NCBI GenBank assembly: GCA_963815115.1
Contig: CAWFFN010000012.1
Span: 576,001 to 640,000 of the forward strand
Source: an uncultured delta proteobacterium
Lineage (GTDB): Bacteria; Desulfobacterota; Binatia; DP-6
Direction of reading: 5' to 3'
Length of the DNA stretch: 64,000 nucleotides
In this document: positions 60,483 through 64,000 of the stretch, piece after piece
Layout: each line of letters begins with the position of its first letter
Numbering within the stretch: the first letter of the stretch is position 1
The notes under the pieces: model-generated
Database searches by the model: none
Told to the model about the DNA's origin: nothing
What the model saw: the letters and a program-made list of their open reading frames with translations, nothing else
Position numbers and translations under genes: made by a program

Positions 60483-61588
60483 GGCGTGGCCGGCGTGACC
60501 CGCACGCCCGCGCGGGCGAGCCCCGCGACGGCCGGATCCTGCGCCCCGCCGAGCCAGCGCGCCCCCCGGCGCGGGAGATGACGGGCGAGCAGCGCCAGCG
60601 AGGCCGGCCCCGGCTTCTCGCCCTCGGCGAGGAACAGGACGCTGCCGGCGCCGTGGCGTCCGATGGCGGCACGAGCGCGCGCCCACGTCCGGGCGAGCCG
60701 TGGTCGGCGGAGCGGGAAGCGCTCGTGCAGGACGTCGTGCTGCACGTGGACGAGCGGCGCCGTGCCGGCGCGTCGCGGAGCGCCGTGGGTGAGCACGACT
60801 CGCTCGCGCCGCCGCGCGACGTCCAGGTAGAGGTGCAGGCGGAACCACGTCGGCGCCGGAGCGCGGAGCGGGATGAGATAGGAGGCGAGCCGGACGACGC
60901 CGGGCACCCCGCGGAGCGCGCGTGGCTCGAGCCGCCGCACGGTCTCCGGCGGCTGGGCGGCGGAGCCGCCCGCGGCGGCGAGGAGATGGCCGGAGCGCGA
61001 CTTCGCGTCCAGGTAATGGCGGCTGTACGGCGAGGCGCGGACGGCGAGCGGACGGTGGCCGGCGACGGAGACGCCGGCGGCGCGCAGCATGGCGAGCTTC
61101 TCGGGGTTGTTGGTGAGTACGCGGAGCGGTGCGTTCACCCCGAGCAGGCGGCAGGCGGCGGCGACCTCGTCGTAGCGCCGCTGGTCGGGCCACAGGCCGA
61201 GCTGGGAGTAGGCCTCGAAGGTCGTGAGACGATTGCGGCTCGCCTGCACCAGCATGCGGTCGCGTGCCTTGGCGGCGAAGCCGGCGCCCCGGCCCTCCTG
61301 CGTCAGGTAGAAGAGCACGCCGCGCCCGGCGGCGGCGACGGCCGCGAGCGCCGCATCGAGCTGCTCGGCGCAGTCGCAGTCGCACGCGCCGTACACCTCG
61401 CTCGTCACGCACGAGGAGTGCACGCGCGCCAGCACCGGGGCGCGCCCGGTGAGATCGCCGGTGGCGACGGCGAGCGCCGGTTGCCCGGTGGTCAGGTTGT
61501 GAAAGCGGTGGGCGCGGAACGGCCCGTGCACGGTGTCGAGCGGGCGCTCGCCGAGCGCGAGCAGCGCGCCCTCGATGGTCGGCTTCAC
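60479..61588 (-). CDS. ribA: GTP cyclohydrolase II-like protein with degenerate C-terminal duplicate domain
   Basis: ARVHSSCVTSEVYGACDCDC, QEGRG, LTNNPEK, YLDAK..SGH; GTGA overlap. Confidence 0.85.
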   Translation of the reverse strand: MKPTIEGALLALGERPLDTVHGPFRAHRFHNLTTGQPALAVATGDLTGRAPVLARVHSSCVTSEVYGACDCDCAEQLDAALAAVAAAGRGVLFYLTQEGRGAGFAAKARDRMLVQASRNRLTTFEAYSQLGLWPDQRRYDEVAAACRLLGVNAPLRVLTNNPEKLAMLRAAGVSVAGHRPLAVRASPYSRHYLDAKSRSGHLLAAAGGSAAQPPETVRRLEPRALRGVPGVVRLASYLIPLRAPAPTWFRLHLYLDVARRRERVVLTHGAPRRAGTAPLVHVQHDVLHERFPLRRPRLARTWARARAAIGRHGAGSVLFLAEGEKPGPASLALLARHLPRRGARWLGGAQDPAVAGLARAGVRVTPATP

Positions 61589-62421
61589 CGGGTGACTCCC
61601 GGGTCGTGCTTCTGGGTCTTCATGACCTGGAAGTACGCGATGAGGGCGTCGAGGTCGCGCGCGGTGAGGTACTCGTGGGGCGGCATGTTGCCGTATCGGA
61701 AGGTCGCCGGATTGCGGATGTAGGCCTTCAGCTGCTCGATCGGGCGATACTCGACGACGCTCTGCGGGACGTTGAGATCGGGTCCGACCTTGCCGCCCTC
61801 GCCGTTGACGGCGTGGCAGGCGATGCACTCGTCGCGAAAGATGTCGAAGCCCGCCCAGGCGGCCGAGTCGTGGGGCACGTCGCGCGGCACGGTGTGCGGA
61901 AAGCGCCGCGTCAGGTCCGTGACCTCGATCGCTTCGAGCTGGTACGGCCAGGGATACGTGTTGGTGTCGCGCTGCGCGGGCTTGGTCCACACCAGGTAGA
62001 ACGGTCCCGGATCGATGCCCTTGCGCCCGAGCGGCGCGAAGCCGGCGGCGCGATCGGCATCGGCGAACGCGACGTAGCCGCCATCCTCCGTCAGGCGGCT
62101 GCCGGGCACCGGTTTGACGTAGCCGTCGAGCGCCCGGAAGAGCACGTCGTGTCCGCCGAGCGCCGTCGCCTCGGCGCCCAGCCCGATCCGGAGCACCTCG
62201 CGCAGCGGGCAGGCGCGGTAGCGATGGCGCCCCTCGTACTGCGGGTCGTCGACCGTGACGACCTCGACGGGACAGCGCCGCTCGAGCGCCGCGACGTCGA
62301 GCCGCCCGACCTCGGTGTCGTCGCGCAGGAAGCGCAGCGTCGCGCTGCCCGCGGCCCCAGCCCAGAGCGCGCAGGCGAGAAGGAGGGCTCCCCCGACGAG
62401 GACCCGCGATGGCCCGGGCAT
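61585..62421 (-). CDS. Exported c-type cytochrome with N-terminal molybdopterin-oxidoreductase-like domain
   Basis: Signal peptide, FRALDGY, GPFYLVW, WPYQL, CIACH..NGEGGKVGPDLN, MP axial Met. Confidence 0.85.
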   Translation of the reverse strand: MPGPSRVLVGGALLLACALWAGAAGSATLRFLRDDTEVGRLDVAALERRCPVEVVTVDDPQYEGRHRYRACPLREVLRIGLGAEATALGGHDVLFRALDGYVKPVPGSRLTEDGGYVAFADADRAAGFAPLGRKGIDPGPFYLVWTKPAQRDTNTYPWPYQLEAIEVTDLTRRFPHTVPRDVPHDSAAWAGFDIFRDECIACHAVNGEGGKVGPDLNVPQSVVEYRPIEQLKAYIRNPATFRYGNMPPHEYLTARDLDALIAYFQVMKTQKHDPGVTR

Positions 62422-62474
62422 CGAGCCCGATGTAGCCAAAAGCGAGGCGGAGCGATACCCGAGCCGGCGCACGG

Positions 62475-64000
62475 TCACGACAGCGGCGTCACCCGATCCA
62501 GCTCGCGTGCGAAGGCTCCCGGTTCGCTCGTCGGTCGCTGGCAGACGCGGCGCTCGCAGACGTACGCCGTCGCGCGCCCGTCCTGCGCCGTTTTCTCCTC
62601 GACCAGGGGCACGGTCGCTGCGAGCGCACGCTGCGCCGTGCCCTCCGCGACGACCACCAGCACGCGGTTCGGCACGAAGCGCGCGTGCAGCGCGGCGAGC
62701 AGGGGGCCGGCTCCCTCGCCGCCGGCGGGCGTGACGATGACGATCTCCTTCGGCCGATCGAGCGCGAGCTCGAGCCCGCAGAGCATCCGCGGGAGCATCT
62801 GCGGCTCGGCGGCGAGCGCCGGCGCGAAGGCGCGCAGCAGCTGCTCGGCCCGCGTCCGCCAGCGCTCGTCGCCGGTGAGCTCGTCGAGCCGCAGCAGGTT
62901 CTCGAGCGCGACCGAGTTTCCCGAGGGCTCGGCGCCGTCGAAGTCCGGCTTCTCGCGTACGAGGAGCGTCTCGTCGTCGGCCGCGGTGTGGAAGTAGCCG
63001 CCGGCGGGATCCGCGAAGCGCCCGTCGAGCGTGGCCTGCAGCGCGAGGGCACGCTCGAGCCAGTGCGGGTCGCCGGTCGCCTCGAAGAGATCGAGGAGGC
63101 CGGCGATGAGGAAGGCGTAGTCCTCCAGGTACCCGTGCCCCGTCGCCACCCCGTCGAGGGCGCTGCGGCGGAGGCGTTCGCCGTCGGCCAGGCTCGACAG
63201 CAGGAAGGTGGCGGCGCGGATCGCCGACTCGGTGTAGCGCGGTTCGTTCAGGGCCTGCGCGGCGCGCGCGAAGGCCGAGATCGCGAGCCCGTTCCATGCC
63301 ACGATGATCTTGCGGTCGACGGCCGGCGGCACGCGCCGGGCGCGAGCCTGGAGGAGCGACGCCTGCGCCGCGGCGAGGAGGGCGCGCGCCCCCTCCGCGT
63401 CCATCGCCTGTCGTGCGGCGAGGTCGGCGATCGGCTCGGGAGTGTGGAGCACGCTCCGTCCGTCCACCGGACCGTCCGCGGCGACGCCGAAGTACGCCGT
63501 GGCGAGCACGGCGCTCCGCGGATCGAGGACCGCGGCGATCTCGTCGGGCGTCCAGGTGTAGAAGCGCCCTTCGATGCCCTCGCTGTCGGCGTCGACGGCG
63601 CCATGGAAGCCCCCGCCGGGAGCGCTCATCTCGCCCGCCATCCAGTCGAGCGTCCGGCGGCCGACCGCGGCGAAGTCGGCGCGGCCGGTCGCCTGAGCCG
63701 CCTCCACGTACACGGTGGCGAGGAGCGCGTTGTCGTAGAGCATCTTCTCGAAGTGCGGCACGAGCCACGCCGGATCGGTGGCGTAGCGGTGGAAGCCGCC
63801 GCCGAGCTGGTCCTGGATGCCACCCGCCGCCATGGCCTCGAGGGTGCGCACCACCATGGCGAGGGTGTCGGCATCGCCGGTGCGCCGCTGGTAGCGCAGC
63901 AGCAGCGCGAGCGTCGCCGGGCTCGGGAACTTGGGCGCCCTGCCGAACCCTCCGTGCTCGGCGTCGAAGCTCTCCCGCAGCTCCGCCTGGGCATGGCGCA
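62475..64000 (-). CDS. YyaL/SSP411 thioredoxin-domain protein (partial, 5' end outside window)
   Basis: GGFGRAPKFP, GGGFHRYATD..WLVPHFEKMLYDNA, DADSEGIEGRFY, DGAEPSGNS, AYVC. Confidence 0.93.
   Translation of the reverse strand, partial: RHAQAELRESFDAEHGGFGRAPKFPSPATLALLLRYQRRTGDADTLAMVVRTLEAMAAGGIQDQLGGGFHRYATDPAWLVPHFEKMLYDNALLATVYVEAAQATGRADFAAVGRRTLDWMAGEMSAPGGGFHGAVDADSEGIEGRFYTWTPDEIAAVLDPRSAVLATAYFGVAADGPVDGRSVLHTPEPIADLAARQAMDAEGARALLAAAQASLLQARARRVPPAVDRKIIVAWNGLAISAFARAAQALNEPRYTESAIRAATFLLSSLADGERLRRSALDGVATGHGYLEDYAFLIAGLLDLFEATGDPHWLERALALQATLDGRFADPAGGYFHTAADDETLLVREKPDFDGAEPSGNSVALENLLRLDELTGDERWRTRAEQLLRAFAPALAAEPQMLPRMLCGLELALDRPKEIVIVTPAGGEGAGPLLAALHARFVPNRVLVVVAEGTAQRALAATVPLVEEKTAQDGRATAYVCERRVCQRPTSEPGAFARELDRVTPLS

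Overview
High-GC (roughly 70% by eye) bacterial chromosomal segment. The many secreted Cys-rich proteins with poly-Thr linkers suggest Candidatus Binatia or a related deltaproteobacterial-grade lineage (inference only). Contents include: a caa3-type oxidase plus Rieske/cytochrome b-c operon (5.6-14.5 kb); msrA and a GST; tRNA-Sec; rpsU with small basic and acidic proteins; a TMTC-like glycosyltransferase; a DUF1326/DUF2182 pair; an arylsulfatase; very large secreted PQQ/PKD and c-heme proteins; a di-heme oxidoreductase; a sigma54 activator; a CdaA-YbbR diadenylate cyclase; and several gene relics and frameshifts. Two candidates for undescribed systems stand out. (1) A tandem triplication (27.6-35.4 kb) of a ~710 aa secreted-protein gene, where each copy keeps its own putative promoter, palindromic site, ~270-370 nt structured leader (with covariation and probable pseudoknots) and 3' hairpin. 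(2) A translationally coupled operon (58.7-62.4 kb) of a c-type cytochrome, a GTP cyclohydrolase II lacking the formate-releasing Tyr, and a fused double-SIS (GlmS/FrlB-like) + creatininase/FAPy-deformylase protein. All family assignments come from motif recognition by eye; no searches or folding programs were run.
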